Source: Telmatocola sphagniphila (GTDB lineage Bacteria > Planctomycetota > Planctomycetia > Gemmatales > Gemmataceae). Taken from it: a stretch of 32,000 nucleotides of DNA. A program made the position numbers and the translations under genes. The DNA lies in the NCBI RefSeq assembly GCF_018398935.1, contig NZ_CP074694.1, forward strand, positions 2,670,001 to 2,702,000, in the 5' to 3' direction. Shown in pieces: positions 12,978 to 21,912 of this stretch. Within the stretch, counting starts at the first letter, position 1. Each line of letters opens with the position of its first letter. The notes under the pieces were generated by a model. It was given only the letters and a program-made list of their open reading frames with translations, ran no database searches and was not told the DNA's origin.

Positions 12978-14801
12978 ATGAAACCGTTGACTCTAAAAAC
13001 TCAGAGCCAAACTCTCGATCGAACCTCTTCGAATCGGACCGATTTCGACGGGAATCGCCTGGGTCCGGAAGTGGCTCAGATCATATATGATCTGGCGCGA
13101 CTCCGGATTATCCCCCAGGAAACCCTTTCGGCCTTTTTCAAGCGTTATGAAGATCGATTGAAGGATGCGCACACCCGGGAACGCTTCTGCACTCTGCTGG
13201 TGAGCGCTAAACTCCTCACCGCCTATCAGATGGCTCGGATTCTCTCGAATCAGATCAACAGCCTGATTCTTGGAAATTACATCCTGATAGACCGTCTTTC
13301 CTCGGGAACGGTGGGAGTCGTCTTTCTCGCCGAACACCTCCATCTTCGTCGAAAAGTCGCCTTGAAGATCCTCAATTGGGACCCGAGTATGCCGCAAAGC
13401 GTACTGGAGCGGTTCTATTATGAGAGTAAAGTCCTCAACCAGATCCACCATAAGAACGTAGCTGAGATCAACGACGCGGGTATCGCCGCCGCCACAGATT
13501 TTCCAACCGGAAGTGCACACTATATTTCCTTGGAGTATGTGGACGGAGCGGATTTAGAGAATTTCGTCTACGCAAAAAATACGCCGCTGGACGTGAAGCA
13601 GATGTGCGACTTCATGTCGCAAGCCGCCTGGGGTTTGCAGGCCATTCACGAGGCCAGTATCCTGCACCGGGACCTCAAACCCTCCAATATGCTGATATCC
13701 TCGAATCTGGCGTTGAAAATCGTCGATTTCGGGATTGCTCTCGATCTGAAAAGCAAACTGAATTACGCCGAAGAGTTGCTGGGTAGTATCGATTTCATGT
13801 CCCTGGAGCAGAGCGAGAATCCTCTGAAAGCTACTCCGGCCTCAGATATTTACTCTCTGGGTGTCTGCTGTTTCTGGCTCCTAACGGGTGCCACTCCCCT
13901 TCCCCAGTCGAAGTCGATTCCCGATAGCTTGAAAATCATTCGCGAAGGTCAATTCCGCAAGATCAAACAGTATCGCACCGATGTGCCGGCCGAACTCGAA
14001 GGCGGCATCATGCGAATGCTGGAACGGGATCCACGCCGCCGGATTAACGTCGCACGCGATGCGGCCATGCTGCTGGAGCGCTTTAGCGGCAAAGCTCTCT
14101 CCTCGTCCCCGGTAATCTTGGTCGAGGACCATCCTCAGGCTACGGAGCCGAAATCGGCCGAAAGTCGCGAGGAGACGGTCTACCAGACTCTGGTGAGCGC
14201 TCTGGAAATCAAGGAACAGAGTGGTCCGCAACGGAGTAGCCGACTGGTCGAAAGCCTGAACGAAATCTGCCGGGTACTGGCCAAATCCGATCCGTGGGAC
14301 AAAGTGCTGGATCAGCGGATGATGCAATCTTTGAGCTGGGCCGTCCGATTGACGGACATTGCCCAGCTGCTACTCCCCGAGAAATATTTTTCGAGCCGTT
14401 CATTGCTGACTCGCGAAGAAAACGAGAATGTTCGCAACCATCCGCTGATCGGCTCACAATTTCTGGAGGCCGCGGTCCGGCAATCGGACCCCTCCCCGCG
14501 AATGCTCAAGATCATCGCTCAGGGAGTGGAAGCTCACCACGAAAGAGTCGACGGTTCGGGATATCCTCAGGCGCTGAAGGGGGAACAGTATCCGTTCCAC
14601 GCCCGAATCGTTGCGGTGATCGACGCCTACGAAAATCTGCGCAGAAGCAGCCGGGGAAAATTGGGGCTTTCGCACGATCAGGCGTTTCGGAAAATTTTAC
14701 AAGGATCCGGGCAGGAATTTGATGTCCGAGTCGTGCAGGCATTCCAGGAGTGCGCATCCCGAATTTACTCAATTTACGATAACTATCCCGCTCCCGCCTG
14801 A
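12978..14801 (+). CDS. Ser/Thr protein kinase fused to a C-terminal HD-GYP-type domain
   Basis: Kinase motifs: VALKIL (Lys), HRDLKPSNMLI (about nt 13665) and VDFGIAL. The C-terminus carries NHPLIGSQFL...AHHERVDGSGYPQALKGEQYPFHARIVAVIDAYENL (about nt 14535), the HHExxDGxGYP signature. The track ORF starts at TTG 12969; the first ATG is 12978. Confidence 0.85.
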   Translation: MKPLTLKTQSQTLDRTSSNRTDFDGNRLGPEVAQIIYDLARLRIIPQETLSAFFKRYEDRLKDAHTRERFCTLLVSAKLLTAYQMARILSNQINSLILGNYILIDRLSSGTVGVVFLAEHLHLRRKVALKILNWDPSMPQSVLERFYYESKVLNQIHHKNVAEINDAGIAAATDFPTGSAHYISLEYVDGADLENFVYAKNTPLDVKQMCDFMSQAAWGLQAIHEASILHRDLKPSNMLISSNLALKIVDFGIALDLKSKLNYAEELLGSIDFMSLEQSENPLKATPASDIYSLGVCCFWLLTGATPLPQSKSIPDSLKIIREGQFRKIKQYRTDVPAELEGGIMRMLERDPRRRINVARDAAMLLERFSGKALSSSPVILVEDHPQATEPKSAESREETVYQTLVSALEIKEQSGPQRSSRLVESLNEICRVLAKSDPWDKVLDQRMMQSLSWAVRLTDIAQLLLPEKYFSSRSLLTREENENVRNHPLIGSQFLEAAVRQSDPSPRMLKIIAQGVEAHHERVDGSGYPQALKGEQYPFHARIVAVIDAYENLRRSSRGKLGLSHDQAFRKILQGSGQEFDVRVVQAFQECASRIYSIYDNYPAPA

Positions 14802-15307
14802 TCTCTTTTGAACGAATTACACCTCTGGCTTCGAGTTGCGACGGCATTGCTTACAATTCGCCCGTTTTTGCAACTATTGCCCTTTACAAGGCTATCTCAG
14901 ATATTTATTGCGGTGCTCAGTTGATGGCTGACTCGGACTCGCCGGTTGGGGGATCGGCAGTCCGGGAAAGCTTCGCGTACCCGCGTTCGCGACTCGAGAA
15001 GGTAAACTTTTCGAATCGTAGCGGTTTTGATGAAGGATCGGGACGTAGCGTTCCGATAGCAAGGAGTGGTTCCCTCGTGGAAACACGATGGGGGGGACGG
15101 AAGATTTAGCGATTCTCACGCGACAGCGTCCGATTTATCGAAGCAATTTGCGACTAAACCCCGCAAGTTACTGCGGTTTCCCGCATACGATGGGATAGGA
15201 AGCTTCGCGTGTGAATGCCGCCTAGGCATGGTCTGGGGGAATTCGATTTACGTCGAATGGGCTGTAGACCTGGCGAAACTTCCGCGATAACAGGGGAGGA
15301 ACCCAAG

Positions 15308-16081
<774 letters not shown>

Positions 16082-16089
16082 TCCGTCCG

Positions 16090-16116
16090 GGCGAAGGGGT
16101 TCCCCTTCGCCTTTTC
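16090..16116 (+). terminator. Rho-independent terminator after fliA
   Basis: GGCGAAGGGG-tt-CCCCTTCGCC is a perfect 10-bp stem followed by TTTTC. It starts 9 nt after the fliA stop. Confidence 0.8.
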
Positions 16117-16190
16117 AAATAACCATGTCCGTTTTCCGGAGTCCTGTAGAATGAATTCAACTGAATTCTTCTAAGGGATCGACCGGGAAT

Positions 16191-16655
16191 ATGAGTTCAC
16201 CGCAAGCCTCTGAAACCAAGCCCTTTCGCGTGCTTCTGGCCGATGACAACCCGCACGGCCTGGAATTGCTGGAAGCCTATCTAGCGGCTACTCCTTACGA
16301 AATACGAACCGTGAACAACGGGGAATCGGCTCTGCAGGCCATTCGCGACTGGCAGCCGCACATCGTCCTGCTGGACATCATGATGCCGCGGCTAAGCGGC
16401 TTCGAAGTCTGTAAGTGCGTTCGGGCCGATCCGCAGATGCGCCAGACCGGGGTCATTGTCGTATCGGCCCTGGATCAGCATTCGGACATCGATAAAGCCG
16501 TCGATGCAGGCGCCGATGATTTTCTCACCAAACCGATCAATCAGGAAGATCTCCTGAATCGAATTCGCTCGCTGCTGGAATCACGCGACGGTAAGGACGA
16601 TATCGAGCGAACCCTGGCCTACGTCCAGTCCGTGGAATCGGCCATTAACCACTAA
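16191..16655 (+). CDS. Single-domain response regulator (CheY-like receiver)
   Basis: RVLLADDN, phospho-acceptor context IVLLDIMMPRLSGFEV, VVSA, and DDFLTKP. There is no output domain (154 aa). Confidence 0.9.
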   Translation: MSSPQASETKPFRVLLADDNPHGLELLEAYLAATPYEIRTVNNGESALQAIRDWQPHIVLLDIMMPRLSGFEVCKCVRADPQMRQTGVIVVSALDQHSDIDKAVDAGADDFLTKPINQEDLLNRIRSLLESRDGKDDIERTLAYVQSVESAINH

Positions 16656-16658
16656 ACC

Positions 16659-17843
16659 ATGTCGATTCCCAAAATCCTCCTGAAACCCCGGCGAAGCAAA
16701 TCGGCTTCGCTTCGGCATCCCTGGATCTTCGCCGGCGATATCCAGCAGATCGACGGACAACCCGCGGATGGGGCGGACGTACTCGTTCACACCGATAAAG
16801 ATGCGTTCGTCTCTTACGGTCTTTTCAACTCCAAAAGCAAAATCTCGGTCCGCCAGTTTTCCTGGCAGCCGGATCAACCGCTGACGGACGATTTCTGGCG
16901 GACTGCCCTCAACCGCGCAATCGACTACCGCGAAGCCCTCGGGTTGCTCGGTCCGCAGTGCGCCACTCGACTGATATTCAGTGAAGGCGATCAACTCTCC
17001 GGCATGATCGTCGACAAGTTCGATCAGTGGCTCGTGATCCAATTCACCTCGCTGGCCATGGCCAACAAGCGCGAATTGTTCGCCCAGATCCTCCGCGAAC
17101 GACTCCACCCGCGAGGCATTTACATTCGCACCGAAAAGGGGATCGGAAAACTGGAAGGCCTCGTCCTGCACGACGGCCTCCTGATGGGAGAAAAAGCAGG
17201 CGAAGTCGTCATTGATGAATTGGGCGTGAAATTTGCCCTGGACCTGGAGGAGGGACAGAAGACGGGATTTTACGTGGATCAGCGCGACAACCACTTCCGC
17301 GTCTCCGAATTAATGAAAGGTCGCACGGTACTGGATGCGTTCAGCTATTCGGGGGGTTTTGGGTTGCACTGTGCCAAGCGGGGCGCAGCGGAAGTTACAA
17401 GCGTCGATGTTTCGGAGGCCGCCCTCGATTTGGCTCGTCGGAACGCCGCGTTGAACGATCTGCAGAAGATGGAATTCATAAAATCAGATGTGTTCGAATA
17501 TTTGAATTTGGCCGTTCATCAGGGGAAGCGGTTTTCGGGGATTATACTCGACCCGCCGAAGTTCGCTCGCACGCAAAAAACGGTGGTGGTGGCCACCCAG
17601 GGTTACCGCAAGTTATTGCGGAACGCCCTAAAATTGCTGGCTCCCGATGGGATTCTGGTCATGTGCTGCTGCTCCGGTTTGATATCTCAGTTGCAGTTGG
17701 AGGAGTTGATCGGCATTGCCGCGACGGAGACTCGGCGGTTTGTACAGATTATCGAACGTCGCGGGCAGGCAGCCGATCACCCCGTAAACGCCAACTGTCT
17801 GGAGACCTCGTATTTGAAATGCATTATCTGCCGGGTCATTTGA
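16659..17843 (+). CDS. Class I SAM-dependent rRNA methyltransferase (RlmI-like, PUA plus MTase)
   Basis: N-terminal PUA-like LKPRRSKSASLRHPWIFAGDI, KTGFYVDQRDN, SAM-binding VLDAFSYSGGFGLHCAKRGAAEVTSVDVS, and ILDPPKFA. It starts 3 nt after the receiver gene stop. Confidence 0.85.
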   Translation: MSIPKILLKPRRSKSASLRHPWIFAGDIQQIDGQPADGADVLVHTDKDAFVSYGLFNSKSKISVRQFSWQPDQPLTDDFWRTALNRAIDYREALGLLGPQCATRLIFSEGDQLSGMIVDKFDQWLVIQFTSLAMANKRELFAQILRERLHPRGIYIRTEKGIGKLEGLVLHDGLLMGEKAGEVVIDELGVKFALDLEEGQKTGFYVDQRDNHFRVSELMKGRTVLDAFSYSGGFGLHCAKRGAAEVTSVDVSEAALDLARRNAALNDLQKMEFIKSDVFEYLNLAVHQGKRFSGIILDPPKFARTQKTVVVATQGYRKLLRNALKLLAPDGILVMCCCSGLISQLQLEELIGIAATETRRFVQIIERRGQAADHPVNANCLETSYLKCIICRVI

Positions 17844-17903
17844 AACTTTTGCCCCGGTCGCTAAGTATGTTTAGGAAGATATCTTTACTTCGAAAGGAAG
17901 ATT

Positions 17904-18875
17904 ATGCGGAAATTTTCGGTACGAAAAGCGTGGTTTGCGGTCGCCGCGCTGGCATTTTACGGGGCTCCTGCCGCGAAAGCTCAGGACTCCTTGAAACTCC
18001 TTCAGCCGGACACCGACCTGGTGATTACCGTTAAGATGAAGGAAATGATCGACTCTCCGGTCATTAAGAAGTATGCTCTCGAACACTTGAAGGCCGCACT
18101 GAACAGCAATGCCGAAGCCAAGAAGGCTATGGAAACCGTCGGTATCGATCCGATGAAGGATCTCGAAAAGATGACCGTCGGCGTCGGGATGAAAGACCCC
18201 AACAAGCCGTCCGTCACCGTCGTGGTCGATGGCAACTTCAATGCTTCCAAAATCAACGAAATGATCAAAGCGGAAGCCACCAAGAAAAAAGAAAAACTGG
18301 AATCCAGCGAAGTCGGTGGCAAGACCGTGTTCCAACTCCCCGGATCTCCGGGCGGCGAGCCGATGTTCCTGTCGGTCGTCAGCGATAAGCAGGTTGTCCT
18401 CGGTTCCAAAAAAGAATTCGTTGCCGATGCCATCGCTGCGAAGGGTAACGGAGTCGGTAAGGCTTTGGCGGACGCTGTGGCTAAGGCCGACAGCAAAGCA
18501 GTCATTACCATCTCGGCAAACATGAAAGAACTGCTGGCCAAAGCTCCAATTCCTCCTCTGGACGATGACAAGAAGAAGATCGTGGCCAAAATCGTCGACT
18601 TCAATCTCGGCATCATCCTCACCAATGATGTCAATCTGTCGATCGCTTTAGGCGCAGCCGACACTGCTTCCGCCGATGAGTTGGTGACTTTCCTGAATCC
18701 GATGGTGGATCAGGTGAAAGGTCTGGCTCCTTTGTTGGGCGGCAACCTGCCTCCCGAACTGAAGCCTCTTCTGGACTTCGTCAAGACGATTGCCGTGGAA
18801 AAGAAGGATAAGGCCGCTGTGATCAGCGGTTCGCTGAAGGAAGAGATCATCGAGAAAGTGGCTCCCAAGAAATAA
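17904..18875 (+). CDS. Secreted Lys/Ala-rich protein of unknown function
   Basis: Signal peptide MRKFSVRKAWFAVAALAFYGAPAAKAQD. Coding-like composition over 323 aa. I recognise no family motifs. A clean terminator follows the gene. Confidence 0.6.
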   Translation: MRKFSVRKAWFAVAALAFYGAPAAKAQDSLKLLQPDTDLVITVKMKEMIDSPVIKKYALEHLKAALNSNAEAKKAMETVGIDPMKDLEKMTVGVGMKDPNKPSVTVVVDGNFNASKINEMIKAEATKKKEKLESSEVGGKTVFQLPGSPGGEPMFLSVVSDKQVVLGSKKEFVADAIAAKGNGVGKALADAVAKADSKAVITISANMKELLAKAPIPPLDDDKKKIVAKIVDFNLGIILTNDVNLSIALGAADTASADELVTFLNPMVDQVKGLAPLLGGNLPPELKPLLDFVKTIAVEKKDKAAVISGSLKEEIIEKVAPKK

Positions 18876-18891
18876 GCTTTCTTGAGAACTC

Positions 18892-18924
18892 AAAAAGGCG
18901 ACTCCTTACGGGGTCGCTTTTTTA
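18892..18924. terminator. Bidirectional rho-independent terminator shared by convergent genes
   Basis: AAAAAG-GCGACTCC-ttac-GGGGTCGC-TTTTTT (one G-U pair). The T-run abuts the stop codon (18922-18924) of the minus-strand kinase. Confidence 0.8.
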
Positions 18925-20604
18925 TTGCTTCTTGTTGGCCGGAGCGGGATTTGTAATACTCATCCGAGGCAGATAAGAGCGGTAAGCATCGAATTTAGGA
19001 TCAATATTGCGTTCGGTCGGCGGCAAATTGATTACATCGCGCTCCAGGGCATCCGCAACGGCTTTCTTCCAAATCTGATTCTCTTTCAGAAAGGTCGCCA
19101 TCGGGCTCGGCCCGTCGTTTTTCAACAGGGCCTTGGGCGGAAAGTCAATTTTCATAGCCTCACTAAACTCCTTGAGAGAGGCTTTCGATTCGTCCTTCAG
19201 AGACAGGATGATTCCCTTGCCCAGTCGGGAAAGCAGCTTGATGAGTTGATTTTTAGGCACTCTATAGTGTGAACCGGAATCGGATGTAAACGAACTCCGT
19301 TTTCTCAACTCGGCATCCTCGAAAAACTTCATGGCCTGATCGAACTGCTTTTCCCGGGTCATACAGAAAATCAATTCCAGCATATCATCGATCACCACTT
19401 CCAGTTTCAAGGATTTGTCTTCGATGTGAGCCTGAAGTTCCTCAATCCGCTTTTGGTTTGCGGAAACTGCCGGTTCCAAGACAATGGGCGTCTCTTTTTC
19501 GACAACCGTCACCGGAGTTTTGGCGAAAACCATATTCAAAGCGAATCCCAGCCCCGTCGCGGCGACCAAGCCCGCCAGTGGATAGAGCCAGCGAGGTCTG
19601 GAGGAAACCGGAACGAGTTCGATATCCATCCCTCCGGCCGGACTCGTCACCACCTGCGTCGCACCAGAATAAACAGGTTGAGTGGAGTTGGAATTCCCGA
19701 CTAAAGGGCTGGACTGGGGCATCCCTTCGCGAATTCGATTCAACTCTCGGATGATCTCCCGGGCGGTTTGATAGCGATCTTCCGGCTTCTTGGCAATCAT
19801 CTTGTGGACGATCGCACAGAGTTCCCGGGGAAGATCCGGGCGGGCTTCAGCGAGAGAAGGAGCTTCGTTCTGCACGTGCTGCAGAGCCACTTCGAAGGCA
19901 GTTGCCCCACGAAAAGGAGGCTCCCCTTTCAGCATGTGATAGCTCGTGACCCCAAATGAGTAGATGTCGCTGCGCGGATCGACCGTTTTGCCCTGCACCT
20001 GTTCGGGGCTCATGTAGAGCGGGGTACCCATCGTAGTCCCCGTGCGCGTGATATTCACTTGCTCCTCGTCGGCGAAGCAGCGCGACAAACCGAAGTCAGC
20101 GATTTTCACTTCCCCTTTGCGGCCGAGCAGAATGTTTTCCGGCTTGATATCGCGGTGGACAAATCCCATTTCGGAGGCGCGAGAGAGGGCCGAAGCGATC
20201 TGCTTCATCAAGTTGATCGCCTGGGGCAGATCGGGCGTTCCCTTACGGGAAAGATACTCGCGGAGGTTCTTGCCATCCACGTATTCGAGGGCCATGTAGT
20301 TGAGCCCATTCTCTTCGCCGATGGCATAAACTTGGACGATGTTAGGATGATTGAGTCGAGCGACGGCTTCGGCTTCGGCCTGAAAGCGTTTTAAGGCCGT
20401 CTCATTCGCCGCCAAGTCAGGCCGAAGAACTTTGATCGCGACGTCTCTTTTGAGGCTTTTCTGACGGGCGAGATAGACCTCTCCCATGCCCCCGGCCCCG
20501 AGCCTTCGGGAGATTTCAAACTCCCCCAGCGTCTTGCCGATCAGATCCATCGACGAGCCATCCGGTTTATTTTCAGATTCGGTTTTGTCCGACGAATCCG
20601 CCAT
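18922..20604 (-). CDS. Membrane-anchored Ser/Thr protein kinase with a C-terminal extracytoplasmic domain of unknown function
   Basis: GAGGMGEVYLA, VAIKVL, HRDIKPENILL, IADFGLSR and GTPLYMSPEQ. One TM segment (WLYPLAGLVAATGLGFALNMVFA), followed by about 190 aa with no recognised family. Confidence 0.9.
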   Translation of the reverse strand: MADSSDKTESENKPDGSSMDLIGKTLGEFEISRRLGAGGMGEVYLARQKSLKRDVAIKVLRPDLAANETALKRFQAEAEAVARLNHPNIVQVYAIGEENGLNYMALEYVDGKNLREYLSRKGTPDLPQAINLMKQIASALSRASEMGFVHRDIKPENILLGRKGEVKIADFGLSRCFADEEQVNITRTGTTMGTPLYMSPEQVQGKTVDPRSDIYSFGVTSYHMLKGEPPFRGATAFEVALQHVQNEAPSLAEARPDLPRELCAIVHKMIAKKPEDRYQTAREIIRELNRIREGMPQSSPLVGNSNSTQPVYSGATQVVTSPAGGMDIELVPVSSRPRWLYPLAGLVAATGLGFALNMVFAKTPVTVVEKETPIVLEPAVSANQKRIEELQAHIEDKSLKLEVVIDDMLELIFCMTREKQFDQAMKFFEDAELRKRSSFTSDSGSHYRVPKNQLIKLLSRLGKGIILSLKDESKASLKEFSEAMKIDFPPKALLKNDGPSPMATFLKENQIWKKAVADALERDVINLPPTERNIDPKFDAYRSYLPRMSITNPAPANKKQ

Positions 20605-20697
20605 GCGACTGCTCCGGAAGCGCGAGTTTAAAAAAAAGGGCGTAAGTATCTATTCAGTCTTGCATAACCGACATAATTACTCTTACAGAATAATATC

Positions 20698-21912
20698 TTA
20701 CTTTTGGTCGGATAGCACGCGGCTAAATAGTTCCTTCATCTTCGCGGCTTCCACCCGGGCATCGTGCATGCGAGCGACTTTTTCCGCCCCGGACTTGCCC
20801 ATTTCACTGAGATTTGCGACCGGAGTCTGCAGAATTTTAATAATTGCCGCGGCCGTCAAATCAATATTTCCCGCCGGGACGACCCAACCGGTGACACCAT
20901 TTTCCACCAATTCCGGTACCCCGGCGATATAAGTGCCCAGCACCGGACGACCGACGGAGAGGGCTTCCATCATCGCCACAGGAAGATTTTCCGCGAAGCT
21001 GGGCATGATTAAGGCTCGGCTTTTAGCCAGATGCTCGCGCACCTGGGAATTGGATTGCCAACCGGCAAAGGTGATTTTGCCCGATAAGCCACGGGTTTGA
21101 ACTTCACGTTCCAGAATCGGCCTGAGATGCCCGTCTCCCACAAATACCATCTCGAAAGCCTGCCCTGCTTCATTCACTTTCTGCAGTGCCTGAATGAGCA
21201 TCAAGTGGCCTTTCTGCTCGGTCAGTCCCGCCACCAGAACGAGCCGATTTGTATCGGGGACCGGTTTCGGGGCTTCATTCAAATAGGCTTCATCGACACC
21301 ACAACGAACCACATGGACGCGCGGCCAGAATTCCAGATTCGTCCAGCGGTAGACCTGGCAGCGACCGAAATCGCTGACTGAAACCACGAAAGCCGCCCCT
21401 TCGTATTTTTCTTTCAGTGAAATCGCCTCGGGCCGATCCCACTCTTCCGGACCGTGAACGGTGATGCTGTACTTCGGGCCACCCAGAACTTCGCAGAGTT
21501 GGGCCACCACCGCCGGGTTGGTGGCAAAGTGCACATGCAGGTGATCGCAGCCAAGCTTTTGAAGCTCTTCTCGAAGCAGGCAAGCTTCCGCGAGGTAGTA
21601 CCAGTGCCGAAAAACGCCCCGATCAGAACGCCGGCCATATTTGGTAGCCATCGTCAAAGCTTTGAGGAATCGAAGGGGACTTTTGAAGAAGGTCTTGATC
21701 CCCACCGTGAGCAGTTTTCCCTTACCGGCCGCGAGCAGAGCAGTGGTTTTTTCTTTCTCGGCCTTATCCGCCGGATCGACAGCATCGCCGCCCGAATCGC
21801 GTATGGAAAATCGGGAAACCTGGACTCCCAGATTCTCGAGGGCCACGATTTCCCGCCGGATGAAGGTATGTCGAACGTGCGGGTACTGATTAGTCAGATA
21901 AGCGATATGCAT
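20698..21912 (-). CDS. Glycosyltransferase family 4 (WcaL-like)
   Basis: MHIAYLTNQYPHVRHTFIRREI.., and a C-terminal GT-B retaining-type region VFVGDGHLRP...ALIMPSFAENLPVAMMEALSVGRPVLGTYIAGVPELVENGVTGWVV. The start ATG (21912-21910) overlaps the upstream stop as TGATG. The 82 further upstream codons of the track ORF overlap the preceding gene and are rejected. Confidence 0.85.
   Translation of the reverse strand: MHIAYLTNQYPHVRHTFIRREIVALENLGVQVSRFSIRDSGGDAVDPADKAEKEKTTALLAAGKGKLLTVGIKTFFKSPLRFLKALTMATKYGRRSDRGVFRHWYYLAEACLLREELQKLGCDHLHVHFATNPAVVAQLCEVLGGPKYSITVHGPEEWDRPEAISLKEKYEGAAFVVSVSDFGRCQVYRWTNLEFWPRVHVVRCGVDEAYLNEAPKPVPDTNRLVLVAGLTEQKGHLMLIQALQKVNEAGQAFEMVFVGDGHLRPILEREVQTRGLSGKITFAGWQSNSQVREHLAKSRALIMPSFAENLPVAMMEALSVGRPVLGTYIAGVPELVENGVTGWVVPAGNIDLTAAAIIKILQTPVANLSEMGKSGAEKVARMHDARVEAAKMKELFSRVLSDQK

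Noticed and set aside
15265-15290. A sigma-28-like promoter, TAGA-N14-CGCGATAA, just upstream of fliA.
   Set aside because: It is an imperfect match to TAAA-N15-GCCGATAA. The -10 element ends only 17 nt before the ATG, so the predicted TSS would fall inside the GGGGAGGA ribosome-binding region.
14802-15307. A possible known structured RNA (RNase P, SRP/4.5S, tmRNA, tRNA or a c-di-GMP riboswitch) in the fliA upstream gap.
   Set aside because: I looked for diagnostic strings on both strands and found none: GGAAAGTCCGGGC, the GGTTCGAATCC T-loop, the SRP GGAA/AGCAGC helix-8 motif, and the GEMM GCAAA..GACGCAAAGC core. GGCAGTCCGGGAAAGC is only a superficial resemblance. The region is kept only as an unexplained leader in the findings.
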